Shown: positions 1-13,160 of the stretch, piece by piece
How the letters are laid out: every line of letters begins with the position of its first letter
Numbering within the stretch: position 1 is the stretch's first letter
From: Heptranchias perlo
Taxonomy: Eukaryota
Assembly: GCF_035084215.1 (NCBI RefSeq)
Contig: NC_090327.1
Span: 40,486,001-40,550,000, forward strand
DNA length: 64,000 bases
Direction: 5' to 3'
Program-made: the position numbers and the translations under genes
The notes under the pieces: model-generated
The model's input: the letters and a program-made list of their open reading frames with translations, nothing else
What the model was told of the DNA's origin: nothing
Databases searched by the model: none

Positions 1-74
1 GCCGTTTAAAATTACTTACTGTACGACAATACATTTATGGTTATTACCTACAAGTTATCTTACTCAATATGGAG

Positions 75-1300
75 CGGCTACTACTCTCTCCACCCCTGTG
101 TCCTTGCACACTACCACGCCATCTCCAACCTTCCTTTTCTCTCAAAGTAACAACTTTACCTTTAACGTAGAAAAACGTAGGAAGAGCTTCACAGAAGCGT
201 AATCAAGACCAAAATCCATACCGAGCCAAAGAAGGAGATATTAGGAGGATGACTAAAAGCTTACTCAAAGAAATGGGGTTTGAAGAGGGTCGTAAAGGAG
301 GAAGTCCTTGAAAGAGTTGCCACATCCCAAATCTGTGCCCATCTTTCCTGCAACTCCCTGTTTGAATCTCTCCAATCAGGTTTCTGCCGCTCCCACAGCA
401 CCAAAATGGTCATATGTCATTTTCCGTGACAGTAACCTTCCTCATCCTTCTATGCAGCATTTGGCTTGGTCCACTGCACCATCCTCCTCCAATGCTTCTC
501 CTCTATTGTCCAGCTCAATGGGACTGCCCTTGCCTGATTGAACTCTTACATCCCCAAGTGAGCCACAGTATCTTCAGCAATGACTTTTCTTCTTGCCCCT
601 CCCTCCCCACACCATCACCATGGGAGTCCCCTAAGGATGCGTCCTTGACCTCCTGTTCTTCTCCATCATCCATCTCAACATTCCCCCCATCCCCACCCAC
701 TGTTTCTGTGCTGTGACACTGCTTAACTGACATCCAGTCTTGGATGAGCTGCAATTTCCTTCAGTTAACCATTGGGAAGACCAAAACCATCATCTTTGGT
801 TCATGCCACATGCATGCCACTGACTCCAGCCTCTCTCTGGCCTCTGTAACATTTCCACCTCTACCCTTTCTAAGGCCTCATACATGCATTTGTCACCTTC
901 ACACCCAATTATTCCAATGGTCACCTAGCTGGCCTCCCATTCTCCACTCCCTGTGAACTTCAGTTCATCCAAAACTCTGCTAAAATATCCTACCCCACAC
1001 TTAGTCCTGCTTGTCCATTACCCTTGTCCTTCATTAGTTCATGGTCTCCCAACGCCTCAAATGTTTAATTCTTATCCTCATGTTTAAATGCCTCCATGAC
1101 CTTAGCCCTCCTCATCTCTGTAACCCCTTACAGCACTATAAATATTACCCAGAATTCTCTACTCCTCCGACTCCAGCCTCCTGTGCGTCACTTCTTCCTT
1201 TGCCCCACCATTGGTGACTGTGACTTCAGATCCCCAGGCCCCATATTCTGAAATTCCCTCCTTAAAACATTCTGCCTTGCCCACACTTCTCTGTCTTCTT
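75..1300 (+). mobile_element. Highly decayed L2-clade LINE fragment (RT and 3' region), interrupted by an inverted L2 3'-end piece at ~150-303
   Basis: Collinear with the better-preserved L2 at 5663-7724 (e.g. NFLQLTIGKTKTIIFG vs NFLQLNIEKVKAIVVG). 150-303 matches the reverse complement of the L2 3' UTR at ~7545-7710. Confidence 0.75.
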
Positions 1301-1839
1301 TGCAGAGGTGGTTGTCAAAGATTGGATAATGGGGGTGCATTCACCAGTACTATTTTTACAATGGTGTGAACAGAAGGTGCTGAATTGTACTGCTGCACTT
1401 ATACTACTCTTGAATAAAAAGAAATGGTGCCAAACTTAGACGCTTGTGCTGAGCTCTGCTTGCATTCTCTTTAACGCAGATGAAGCTGCTAATGTTAGAC
1501 AAGAGGCCCCTTTTTATCATTAGATACTTATACTGACACTTTGGCATCACTGTGAAGTACTTCCCATTTGTAGTGATGCATGCATACAGCATTCAAAGTG
1601 TAACTTGCAGTCCACTGCATAAGTTGGTATAACAAGTGCGGCTAACATTCTCCAACCACTGGTCACCGGCTGGTTGCCCACTCTAACTGTATTATTAAAG
1701 GCAGTCCAATAGATGACGTGGGTTATTTTAAAACTTTAATTATTCTGTAATTTGTGCATAGCCAAAATGGTGTGAGACTATCTCCTCCAGGTGGTCTCGT
1801 GGTCAATACAAAATGCCAAACTGATGCTGATTAAGCTGA

Positions 1840-2290
1840 AAGAAGAAAAAGCTTGCATTTATAATGTGCCTTTCACACCCTAAGGCCGTCCCAAAGTGTT
1901 TCACAGCCAATGAATCACTTTTGAACTGTAGTTGCTGTTATTTTGTAGCAAACGTGGCAGCTGATTTGAGCACAGCAATATCCTACAAACAGCAATGAGA
2001 TGAATGACCAGTTAGTCTGTTTTGTTGATGTTGACTGAGGGATAAATGTTGACGAGCCAACTTGCCTGCTTTTCCACAAAAGTGCTACAGTATCTTTTGT
2101 GTCCAACCTAACAGGCAAATTGAACCGGTTTAACATCTCACCTGAAAATAGCACCTCTGATAATGCAACACTTCCTCAATACTGTGCATACGTATCAGCC
2201 TAGATTACATGCTCAAATCCTGAATAGGGCTTGAACCCATGTCCTCTGACTCATAGGTGAGAGTGCTACCACTTAGCTGAGATGACACTT
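1840..2290 (-). mobile_element. tRNA-headed SINE with L2-type tail (Deu-domain/SacSINE1-like)
   Basis: Minus strand has a B-box-like GGGTTCAAGCCC near 2227-2238 and a 3' tail (CATTGGCTGTGAAACACTTTGGGAC...TATAAATGCAAG) shared with short copies at 7829-7905 and 38488-38565. Family name from recall. Confidence 0.7.
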
Positions 2291-2785
2291 TTCTCCTTTA
2301 CTTTCTGATTAACCTGATGGTTTACTAATCTTGTGCTGCTATAATGCAGAAACCATTTTGCAGTGACACAAGATTAGTAGTATAATTACACCTTTACAGG
2401 ACAGCATTTCGGAATGGCAAAGTCTTATATCCTCCTCAGTACAAGATTTAGATAGTCAGCAAGGCTACCTAAAAATGATTGAGTTGAATGTTGCACCCAA
2501 TTGTATCAGAAATTTGGTAGTCTCGGCCCCATAGGTGGCTGAGCCTTAGTTTATTGTATTACTACTTATAATGATTTGAGACTGATATCTGTAGAGTACT
2601 ATGCATAGCATCGAACCTGAATCACATTCCCAGCTCTATATCACACTGCACAGAAGCAAAGGAGCCCTGTTCACCAGGTCTTTAAATTTTAATATTAAGA
2701 TGGAACCAATAAGAGTGTCAACTCTCTGCTAACATTAAAAGCATTAAAAATTAATTTTATGAAGTTGCCAGAAGGGAGTTATACC

Positions 2786-3726
2786 ATAAGAATATAAAAA
2801 CAAAAGAAATAGAAGCAGGGGTAGGCCATGCAGCCCATCGAGCCTGCTCCATCATTCAATAAGATCATGGCTGACCTACCTCAACTCCACTTTCCCGCCC
2901 AATCCCTATATCCCTTGATTCCCTTAGTGTCCAAAATCTATCGGTCTCAGTCTTGAATACACTCAATGACTGAGCATCCACAGCCCTCTGGGGTACAGAA
3001 TTCCAAAGATTCACAATACTCTGAGTGAAGAAATTTTTCCTCATCTCAGTCCTAAATGGTTGACCCTTCATCTTGAGACTATGACCCCTAGTTCTAGACT
3101 CTCCAGCCAGCGGAAACAGCCTCTCAGCATCTACTCTGTCAAGCCCTCTAAGAATTTTATATGTTTCAATGCGATCACCTCTCATTCTTCTAAACTCCAG
3201 AGAATATATAGGCTCATTCGACACAATCTCTCCTCAATCTAGTGAACCTTCATTTCACCCCCTCTAAGGGAAGTATATGCTTCCTTAGGTAAGGAGACCA
3301 AAACTGTACACAGTACTCCAGGTGTGGTCTCACTAGAGCCCTATATAATTGCAGCAAGACCTCCTTACTCCTATCCTCCAGCCCCCTTGCAATAAAGGCT
3401 AACATACCATTTGCCTTCCTAATTTCTTGCTGTACCTGCATGTTAACTTTTTGTGATTTGTGTACAAGGACACTCAAATCACTCTGATTACCAACATTTC
3501 TTAATCTCTCACCTTTTAAAAATATCCACATCATGCCTATTCTTCCTACCAAAGTGGATAATTTCACATTTCCCCACATTATACTCTATCTGCCATCTTC
3601 TTGCCCACTCACTTTTCTTATCTATATCCCTTTGCAGCTTCTTTGCATCCTCCTCACAGATTACTTTCCCACCTAGCTTTGTATTGTCAGCAAACTTGGA
3701 TACATTACAATCGGTCCCCTCATCTA
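2786..3726 (-). mobile_element. 5'-truncated CR1 LINE with internal deletions
   Basis: ORF pieces SKFADNTKLGG, LYRALVRPHLEYCVQFWSPY, RKNFFTQSIVNLWNSVP, followed by a CR1-type 3' UTR. Confidence 0.9.
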
Positions 3727-3762
3727 CCACATCCAGTATGAAGCCTGAGAAATGTGAAACTG

Positions 3763-3860
3763 GTCCAAGATGTGGTTTCACAACTCTTGAGATTAATGCT
3801 GTCTGTAATTGGAATGTGAACCTGCCCCTGTGTTATACTGCCGTTTTTGTGTCAATTCAC
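3763..3860. repeat. Left copy of a ~98 bp direct repeat flanking the L2 insertion
   Basis: About 88% identical (12 differences by manual alignment) to 7725-7823. Confidence 0.85.
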
Positions 3861-4309
3861 TATTCATGTTCTCTCTCCTCTGAGTTCACTACCTTCCTAT
3901 CCTCCTTTAATCTCTCCCTACATATAAACTCCCCAACCCATATTCACAGCCATCCCCTCAATCTTGGCATCTCTACTCCCATTGTGTCAATCACAGATGA
4001 GGCCATCTCTGATCACTTCCTTGTATCCCTCTCCACCCACATTCCCCTATCCCTTCTCAACCCCACTTCCTTCTGTGTTTGCCCTGGAGAAAACTCTCCC
4101 CCAAGTCACTTACAACGGCACTTTCAAATTCCCAGCTGTCCAGCCTTTGGCCCTCCATTCACCACAACATTTCTACAGCTACCGATCAGATCAATTTTGA
4201 TGCCATTATCCCTATTAAAACCATTACTCTCTCTCACCCTGGTCATTCCCCCTGGTATGGCCCTCATCTCCGCTCCCTTAAGTCAAAGGGATGCAGACTT
4301 GAATGTTTA

Positions 4310-5658
4310 AGAAACATAGAATTAGGAGCAGGAGTAAGCCATATGGCCCCTCGAGCCCGCTCCGGCATTCAATAAGTTCATGGCTGATCTTTGACCTCAA
4401 CTCCACTTTCCTGTCTGATCCCCATACCCCTTGATTGCCCTAGAGTCCAAAAATCTGTCTATCTCAGCCTAGAATATACGCAATCACTCCGAACTCTGGG
4501 GTGGAGAATTCCAAAGATTCACAACCCTCTGAGTGAAGAAATTCCTCCGCATCTCAGTCTTAAATGGCTGACCCCTTATCCTGCGACTATGCCCCCTAGT
4601 TCTAGACTCTCCAGCCAGGGGAAACAACCTCTCAGCATCTACGCTGTCAAGCCCCCTCAGAATCTTATATGTTTCAATGCAATCGCCCCTCATTCTTCTA
4701 AACTCCAGAGAGTATAGGCCCATTCTACACAATCTCTCCTCATAGGACAAACCTCTCACCCCAGTAAGCAATCTAGTGAACATTCATTGCACCTCCTCTA
4801 AAGCAAGTATATCCTTCCTTAGATAAGGAGACCAAAACTGTACACAGTGCTCCAGGTAAGGTCTCACCAAAGTCCTGTACAATTGTAGTAAGACTTCCTT
4901 ACTCTTGTACTCCAACCCCCTTGCAATAAATGCCAATATGCCATTTGCCTTCCTAATTGCTTGCTGTACCTGCATGCTAACTTTTTGTGATTCTTGTACA
5001 AGGACACCCAAATCTCTCTGAACAATAACATTTAAAAGTTTCTCACCATTTAAAAAATATTCTGTTTTTCTATTCTTCCTACCAAAGTGAATAACCTCAC
5101 ATTTCCCCACATTACACTCCATCTGCCACCTTCTTGCCCACTCACCTAACCTGTTTATATTGCTTTGCAGACTTGTTGTGTCCTCCTCACAGATTACTTT
5201 CCCACCTAGCTTTGTATCGTCAGCAAACGTGGATACATTACACTCAGCCCCTTCATCTAAGTGATTAATATAGATTGTAAATAGCTGAGGCCCAAGCACC
5301 AATCCTTGCGGCGTCCCACTAGTTACAGCCTGCCAACCTGAAAATGACCTGTTTATCCCTGCTCTCTACTTTCTGTCCATTAACTCATCGTCTATCCATG
5401 CTAATATATTACCCCCAACCCCATGAACCCTTATCTTGTGTAACAACCTTTTATATGGCACCTTATCAAATGCCTTTTGAAAATCCAAATATACTACATC
5501 CATTGATTCCCCTTTATATACCCTGTTAGTCACATCCTCAAAAAACTCGAATAAATTTGTCAAACAAAGTTTCCCTTTCATAAAACCATGTTGACTCTGC
5601 CTAATCATATTATGATTTTATAAGTGCCCTGTTACCACTTCCTTAATAATGGATTCCA
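4310..5658 (-). mobile_element. 5'-truncated CR1 LINE nested in the L2
   Basis: RT motifs QHGFMKGK.CLTNL, YLDFQKAFDKVP, FADDTKLGG. Flanked by a near-duplicate target, GAATGTTTA (4301-4309) and GAAGTTTA (5659-5666). Confidence 0.92.
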
Positions 5659-7027
5659 GAAGTTTATGGTGGACAACTGGTTTAGCTATTCATCGCCAGA
5701 TCTGGCTGGATCACATAAAGCACTATTGGGTTCTGCTGTCCTCTGCCAAAACTGCTCACTATTCCAGGATGATCCTGGAATACAAAGATAACTTCCGGCT
5801 TCTCTTCTCCACTACAAACCGTCTTCTTAAGCCCCTCTCCCCTGCCTCCTCCACCCTCATCTCCAAAAACAAGTACAAGGTGCTCATGGATTACTTTGTC
5901 ACTAACATTGAGACCATCGATTCAGCTGCCTCTGCCACTTCCCTCCCTTCGCCCTTGCTCTAGCTCTGAACTCGCATCTTTCTCCAGTTTCTCTCTTATC
6001 TCCCCTTATGCCCTTTCCAAGCTCATCTTGACCATGAGACCCATCTCCTGCTCTCTCAAACCTATTCCCACCAAACTGCTGACCTCTCAACTTCCCTTCC
6101 TGGCCCCATGTTAGCTGATATTGTTAATGGTTCCCCCTCCTCAGGTACTGTCGCCCTTCCCTTCAAATCTGCTGTCATCATCCCCCTCCTCAAAAAAACC
6201 ACCCTTGACCCTTCTGTCCTTGCAAACTACCACCCCATCTCTAACCACCCTTTCTCTAAAAGTCCTTGAACGTGTTGTCGCCTCCCAAATCCGTGCCCAT
6301 CTTTCCCACAACTCCATGTTTGAATCCCTCCAATCAGGTTTCCACCCCTGCCATATTATTGCCCTTATCAAAGTCACAAATGACATCCTATGTGACTGTG
6401 ACCATGGTAAACTCTCATCCTTCTCAAACTGTCTGCAGCCTTCGACACTGTTGACCATGCCATCTTCCTCCAAAACCTCTCCTCCGTCGTCCAGCTGAGA
6501 GGGACTGTGCTCACCTGGTTCCATTCTTATCTATCAGGTTGTAGCCAGAGAATCACCTGCAATGGCAACTCTTCCCACTCCCAAACCGTTACCTCTGGAG
6601 CCCCCAAAGATCTATCCTTGGTCCCCTCCTATTTCTAGTCTACATGCTGCCCCTCAGCGACATCATCCGGAAATACGTAAGGTTCCACATGTACACTGAT
6701 GACCCCTGCTCTACCTCAAACACCTCCCTCGACCCCTCCACTGCCTGATTTATCACACTGCTTGTCCGACATCCAGTACTGGATGAGCAAAAATTTCCTT
6801 CAACTAAATATTGAGAAGGTCAAAGCCATTGTCGTTGGTCCCCACCACAAACTCCATTCCCCAGCTACTGACTCCATCCTTCTTCCTGGCCACTGTCTGA
6901 GGCTGAACCAGACCGTTTGCAACCTTGATGTCCTATTTGACTCTGAGATGTGCTTCCCACCACATATCTGCTCCATCACCACCTACTTCCTCCTCCGTAA
7001 CATCGTCTGTTTCCACCCTGCCTCAGC

Positions 7028-7105
7028 TCGAGGGCAATTAGGGATGGGCATAAATGCTGGCCTTGCCAGCAACGCCCACATCACGTGAACGAATAAAAAA
7101 AAAAA
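7028..7105 (+). mobile_element. 3'-terminal fragment of the tRNA-headed LINE/SINE family with poly(A)
   Basis: TCGAGGGCAATTAGGGATGGGCA(A)TAAATGCTGGCC...GCCCACATC..TGAACGAATA(n) matches the 3' end of the LINE at 56726-60032. Confidence 0.85.
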
Positions 7106-7724
7106 TCTCCTGTTGAAGCCCTCATCCATGATTTTGTTACCTCTAGACTTCACTATTCCAATGCTCTCCCGGCCGGCCTCCCATGGTCCACCCTCCATAA
7201 ACTTGAGCTCATCCAAAACTCTGCTGTCCTTATCCTAACGCGCACCAATTGCCGTTCTCCCATCACCCCATGCTTGCTGACCTACATTGGATCCCGTTCC
7301 GGGAATGCCTCGATTTTAAAATTCTCATCCTTGTTTTCAAATCTTTCTATGACCTCGCCCCTTCATATCTCTGTAACCTCCTCCAGCCCTATAACCCTCT
7401 GAGATCTCTGCGCTTCTCCAATTCTTGCCTCTTGCTCATCCCCGATTTTAATCAGTCCACCATTAGCAGCCGTGCCTTCAGCTGCCTAGGCCCTTAGCTC
7501 TGGAATTCCCTCCATGAACCTCTCCATCTCCCTACCCCGTCTCCTCCTTTAAGTCATTCTTTAAAACCTACCTCTTTGACCAGGCTTTTGGTCACCTGTC
7601 CTAATATTTCCTTATGTGGCTCGGTGTCAATTTTTGTTTGATAATGCTCCTGGGATGTACCTTGGAACGTTTTACTATGTTAAAGGTGCTTTATAAATCC
7701 AAGTTGTTGTTTGCTGTTGTTGTT

Positions 7725-7823
7725 GTCCAAGATGTGGTTTCACAGCTCTTGGAATGAATGCTGTCTGTAACTGGAATGTGAATCTGCCCCCTAAGTTACA
7801 CTACCATTTTTGTGTCAATTCAC
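7725..7823. repeat. Right copy of the ~98 bp direct repeat
   Basis: Matches 3763-3860. Confidence 0.85.
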
Positions 7824-9484
7824 GTTAAAAAGTACTTCATTGGCTGTAAAGCACTTTGGGATATCCTGAGATCATGAAGGACACGATATAAATGCAAGCT
7901 CTTTCTTCTTTCTCTTTATTTCCAATAAATTTGTATTACAGTTTAATTTAATGCCTTGGTTCAGAAATATATCAGAAAAATTATTGCATGACTTCTGCCA
8001 TGAAACAATTATTCTTTAGGTGCCATCTATATTCAATGTTAATGTACTCTAAAAGATAACTTGGGACCAATTTTCTAAAAAAAAAAGCTTAATATTTTGG
8101 CAATTTGGTGGGTCTCCACTCTAGGGAAGGTTCAAGTGCACTTAGTGCTGTGTTTCTTTCAATTGATAGAGGATTCTTAACCGATTAAGTGTAGATTCCA
8201 TTCATTCATAACAAGAAGCTCCCAACATTACATATATAAAGGATTTATTCCTATTATATTAGTGAAAAGCACATTTGAAAGATTAATCAGTCTTTAGTTT
8301 CCCAAGAAGAGGATCAATTACCCGCCGTCAAAAAGAAAGTCAACAAATGTATTCGGCTGTGTTCCAGAAACTTGTATTGTGTTACAATAAGGAACAAATG
8401 CTGTATTTTATATCACTGAGAACCTGCTGACCATGACTAATTAAATAATTTCACCTGTATGATACACTCTAGATTCAAATTGATTCTGTTTTCTGGCTGT
8501 CTTATAGTTTGCTGGGGCCAAAATTCCAGTTTTTGCTAATTTTATTGAAAAGATGGCATGGGGGATGTTGGTATAAAATGCTAATGGACTATTCATCCAT
8601 CTTTAGTACATCTCTGACCGTTCCTACCCCTCTAAAAATGAATTGTCAGAAATAGCAAAACAATTATAAACATTTCCATTTCTGCTCCTTAAGGCTTTGT
8701 TCAAATAATTTCTGTGGATGTTGTGCAGAATCCCACAGCATCACGGTCAAATCAGAAAGTGACAATGTTTCTCTAGATCACGTGGCACTAGTGAGCTTAA
8801 TGAAGGGGAAGATTTTGAAGTATCACACAGCCATTGACAGAGGCCAAGGAGTGACAGATAGATTCACACTGTTGGTCAGAAATTACATATAATGTGTACG
8901 CTGAGGCAAACGTTTAAAAAAAAGGTTTAAGCTGACTAGTAAATCGATGGCTGTGCCAATCTACTTTAAAAGCAACAGGGAGCATTGCAAGTTAATTATG
9001 GAGGTTTGATCCATTTTTATAGCTGGTCACTGAATTGGCTCTGTGGCTTAATCAGAACTGTCAAATTGTAAAAATATTATTTAGAACAAAGCTCAGCATT
9101 TCCCTATGAAATGCAATCAATATGAATTCTGATAGCAATTTCATTACTGACATTTTTAGTGGTCACATTTCAGAGCAAATTCAATTGCCTGATCCTAAAA
9201 GGAATGAACTTTAGCCTCTGATGAGAGGAAGTTTTGAATTAAGTCCCATAAAATCCAATCAGATGTGTTTTTAGGTTGAGCTGCATGTTTACATTCATGG
9301 AGAGATGGATAGACATACTACTAGCAGTAGAAAATTACTCTCACTGCTTTTGGAGGGTAGATTTTTAAAGTCAATTGCAGCATATGATCCAAGTACTCAA
9401 CTTGAAGGCTTCCTTTCACATAATATTATGTATATCATAGTTGATAGTTGGAGGTAGAAACCTGAGCTTGATTGGATTTCAAAG

Positions 9485-10200
9485 CTGACCTTGGAAAATG
9501 CTGGAAATCAACAGTAGGTTCAGCAGCATCTGAAAAGAAAAAGACAAGTTAAAATTTTGATAGAGGCCCTTTATCAGACTGAAAAATGAAGGCAGACAAG
9601 CCCTATTAAAGGGCTGATAAAAACAAAGGGGGTGGGAGAACGACAGGTAAAGGCCGCAGATCAAATTTGCTGACTGCTACTACAAAGAAGCAGCTAATGA
9701 GGTTAATAGCCTGTGAACAGATTCCTTCCACAACACCCTTGTTCACTTTTCTTTCACTCCCACCCCCTCCCCATGACTGCTCCTCCCCAGGCACTTTCTC
9801 ATCCAGCCATCGCAGCTGCAATACCTGTCCATTCATTTCTTCCCAGACAACTGTCCAGGGCCCAAACAATTTCTGCATGAGACAGCGATTTGCATCTACT
9901 TCCTCCAATCTGATACACTGCTCATGGTGCAATGTGCCATAGATTGGGGAGACCAAGTGCAGACTGGGAGATAGCTTTGCCAAACATCTCTGTTTTATCT
10001 GTAAGCAAGACTTCTCTATTCTTTGGCAATTCATGTCTCCCTCACATCCCCACTCCAACATTCCCATCTTTGACCTCCTACACAGTTCAAACCAAGCTCA
10101 ATGCAAACTCAGGAATAGCCTCCCATCTTTTTCCTTGGCAGTCTGAAGCATTCTAGTCTGAACACTAATTCTAATCATTTCAGATCTTAGCCGTCTTCCC
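9485..10200 (+). mobile_element. Penelope-like element remnant (GIY-YIG endonuclease region) with an inverted terminal piece
   Basis: Frameshifted translation GTF..HRSCNTCPFISSQTTVQGP..RQRFASTSSNLIHC..C..IGETKCRLGDSFAKHL. 9485-9585 is an inverted copy of the tail also seen at 11982-12115. Confidence 0.75.
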
Positions 10201-11975
10201 CATGTTCCCTTGGTTTCTCCCAATCACATTTTACTTCACTTCATTCTATTTTAGGTGTGTTTCTAATACCTTACCCTAAGCAGTAAATAAAAATTGTGCT
10301 GGTGACACAAATACTGGATATTTGACAAATGAGACAACATAATGTGATGCTTCTGCCACTATCAACAATGTCAAGATCTCTTGTTTTTTAATGAAAGTTC
10401 TGTTCATTTAATGTACAGTATTTTGGTGTGTGCAGCAAGATTATTTGTGCTGGTTGGCCTTTCAGGTGAACACAATTTGAAATAAATACAGCACTCAGTC
10501 TAAAAGTTGTTGCACAAATATGGAAGCTATATACAAATAGTGCAAATTTCTGGCACTATATCCAAGCAATGTTCCCATTCACATTAAGTCTGGACAATTT
10601 GAAGATGGCCAATAATTGGAAATATGATTGCCACATTATAGCATCACATACACAAGTGGTGGATATTTACTGCAGATAGGAATAAAGTCAGCAGTAAAAA
10701 ATAACACCCATTTAACTAGTAGAATAACAAGAAATGGACAATGTTGTTTACATAAAACCCTTGGTGGTTTTATATTGCAATTTTATTTTGCTGGAATATA
10801 AATTAAAACATCGAAAAATCAAAATATGACACAAAAAATCAAAAAAGTTTAACCGTATTGTGATGTTGAAACTATTACCAGTGTCAAAAATGATTGGCTT
10901 TATCTGTGCTGCACTTGAAACCATTCTTCTGCGGGAAAGTCAGCACTGTCACTGTGTAGCCTTGGGAATGTTCTCAATTGTTCTTCAACCACTTTCTCCT
11001 ACATTGCACACTCCACAACTGGATGAGCAAAGTAATGGACGTAATGAAGGATCATTATTGCTGATGTGTCGTGATTGCCTACTTTTTGTATCACAAATGA
11101 AATTGTGTTCAAAACAGAGGTTTCTGCAATTGACTTAGTGGCGTTAATTTTGACAAAGAAACAAGCACCTCTTCTTTTGGGCAACAGTGGCTATATTTTC
11201 CTCAACGTCAACATTCTTCCTTTCCTGACGGACTGAGTATTTCCAGCATTTTCTGTTTTTCTTCCATATTTTCCTCTGTTTGCCAATTTTCGTGGAAAGG
11301 TAGATGTAAAGCAGTGAACTTTGTTTTACAGTCACACTTACTGTCTCATTAAAATTAGTGAACGGGGAAAACATACAGCTTATTCCCGATAATTTAGGCC
11401 GTTTTTGCACTAAAAAACTGAATTATCCAATATTTTATGTTAGACAACATAATAACACAGCAAAATGGGAATTTAGTGGCAAAACTTAAATGATCAGATA
11501 ATAATAAGGGGCTTTCAATAAAGGTAGGCTATATCCCTGCTAAATAGAATGTGATAGTTGTCTATACCCTTATTTCTACAAGAGTAAGTCAAAATCTTAT
11601 TTAAGGATAAGTTGTAGCAATCTACGACCATCACGTTAATTAATATCGGGGATAAAATGAAACGAGTTAAAATACAAATTTACAACAATAAAAAACTCTC
11701 CATTGTATTCAGTGTCAATTCTGAGGATTCAGATTTTAAATCAGCACCAGAATCCAATTTAAAATGCTTGATCGGGCAATGGCATATCATTGTAGTTACA
11801 GTATATTTGATGCACTACTGCTTAGTACTGCCACCAGATGGGGGAATCGTTTAATGTTTTAGGCACTGTCAACTTTACCTATACACGCAACAATCTATAA
11901 TTGAGTCTTGGCATTGAGTGCGCAATGGTCAGCTGGACTGTATTAGTAGAAACATAAACTTGGTAATAATAAATA

Positions 11976-12118
11976 ACATAGTGTTCTGATGAAAGGTCAT
12001 CGACCTGAAACGTTAACTCTGTTTATCACTCCATACATGCTGCCTTACCCGCTGAGTGTTTCCAACATTTTCTGTTTTTATTTCCGATTTCCAGCATCCA
12101 CAGTATTTTGCTTATGTT
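11976..12118 (+). mobile_element. Short Penelope-derived repeat containing a minimal hammerhead ribozyme motif (~11976-12025)
   Basis: CTGATGA (11986-11992), stem II AGGTC/GACCT, GAAA (12007-12010), palindromic ACGT, and stem I GTT/AAC with imperfect extension. Confidence 0.65.
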
Positions 12119-12829
12119 TAACATAGTGTGCGAACCTTCTTACTACAGCATATAATTGCTGCTTTACCGTCGTAATTTGCATTTGAACAAAAATATTTAG
12201 ACTTTCCAGAACAAGGAACTAGATATCAACGAAATCAGTTTAGACATATTTCATTTAGCAATTAGCGCTTTCCATTTATAGAAACTGCATTTATGTTTTT
12301 TTCCTAGCAATATTATAATATTTGTCCATACACGTATAGAATAATCTTGCACTGACAGGACACATACATTATTTTGTTATTCACCTTTAAACCCAAATCC
12401 AGAAGATCGCGTTCTTGTAATGCACCTGTATGTAACATTTCATATTTACATTAGGGAGAAAATTTCACTGTTTGGAGAAAAAAAATACACCATCCATGCA
12501 AATAGGTGACATCAAGTTTTCAGTGTAAGACTGCCAGTATCTACCTGTTATGCTTGTCATTTGCCCAGCATGTATTTTTGGTAAATATCTTTTAAAGCAC
12601 AAATCGAAATTAAAAATTGTGTGAGGTGTTATATGGAAAAGACATTTCACGTTGTTTCCGTCTGGCTTTATTCTGCTAGCACGCTATAAAACAATCTGAC
12701 AAGTGCATTCTCTTTTCGACTAAACGTTAATACCAAGGATCCGGAACATTTCCCTGGGGAGCCGGTGTATGTTTGGGTGGAGAGTGAGTGAACCGATCTG
12801 ATTGCTCCCACTTGGCATGGTGGTGGGTG

Positions 12830-13160
12830 GTGGGTGGAGGGGCGATCCCCGTTAGAAGCAGCGCGGCCTCCCCATTCATATTCCCCCCCCTCCCTTTCCC
12901 CCCTGGTGGAGGGGGGAGAGGGCAGCGCGCGCCCAGGGCCGGCGTTCGACCAATCGGGAAGCGCGTGCGTCCGGGCGTGCGTGAGTGGGCGGGTCGGCGC
13001 GCGGCGTCAGGGCAGTGGGTGCCGGGCGGGCGGGAGGGAGGGAGGGGAGCTGCAACAGGCGAAGCGCTTGGCGATATTTTTTTTGTGTTGTTGTTGCTGC
13101 TGCTTAAGCGATACGTGCCCGAGCGGAGCGGTTTTAAATTCCATTCGGGACTCATTCGGG
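12830..13160 (+). promoter_or_regulatory. CpG-island promoter and 5' UTR of GDF6
   Basis: Abrupt GC/CpG enrichment. CCAAT at 12950-12954 and several GGGCGG boxes (~12987, 13024-13033) upstream of the ATG. TSS cannot be determined from sequence. Confidence 0.75.

Larger units (their letters stand above)
3861..7724 (+). mobile_element. L2-clade LINE, 5'-truncated, interrupted by a CR1 (4310-5658) and a short LINE tail (7028-7105)
   Basis: End of APE domain (ISDHFLVSLS), RT pieces (LKVLERVVASQIRAHL..ESLQSGF, ALIKVTNDIL), 3' region (LADLHWIP..LDFKILILVFK) and a (GTT)n tail ending ~7724. Confidence 0.9.

Noticed and set aside
12834-13160. 109-codon in-frame N-terminal extension of GDF6 (ORF 12834-13556) and overlapping ORFs 12788-13369, 12727-13155, 13007-13348
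   Set aside because: The extension has a non-ATG start in GC-rich promoter DNA, where stop codons are rare, and the signal peptide begins at ATG 13161. The overlapping ORFs show no recognisable domain.
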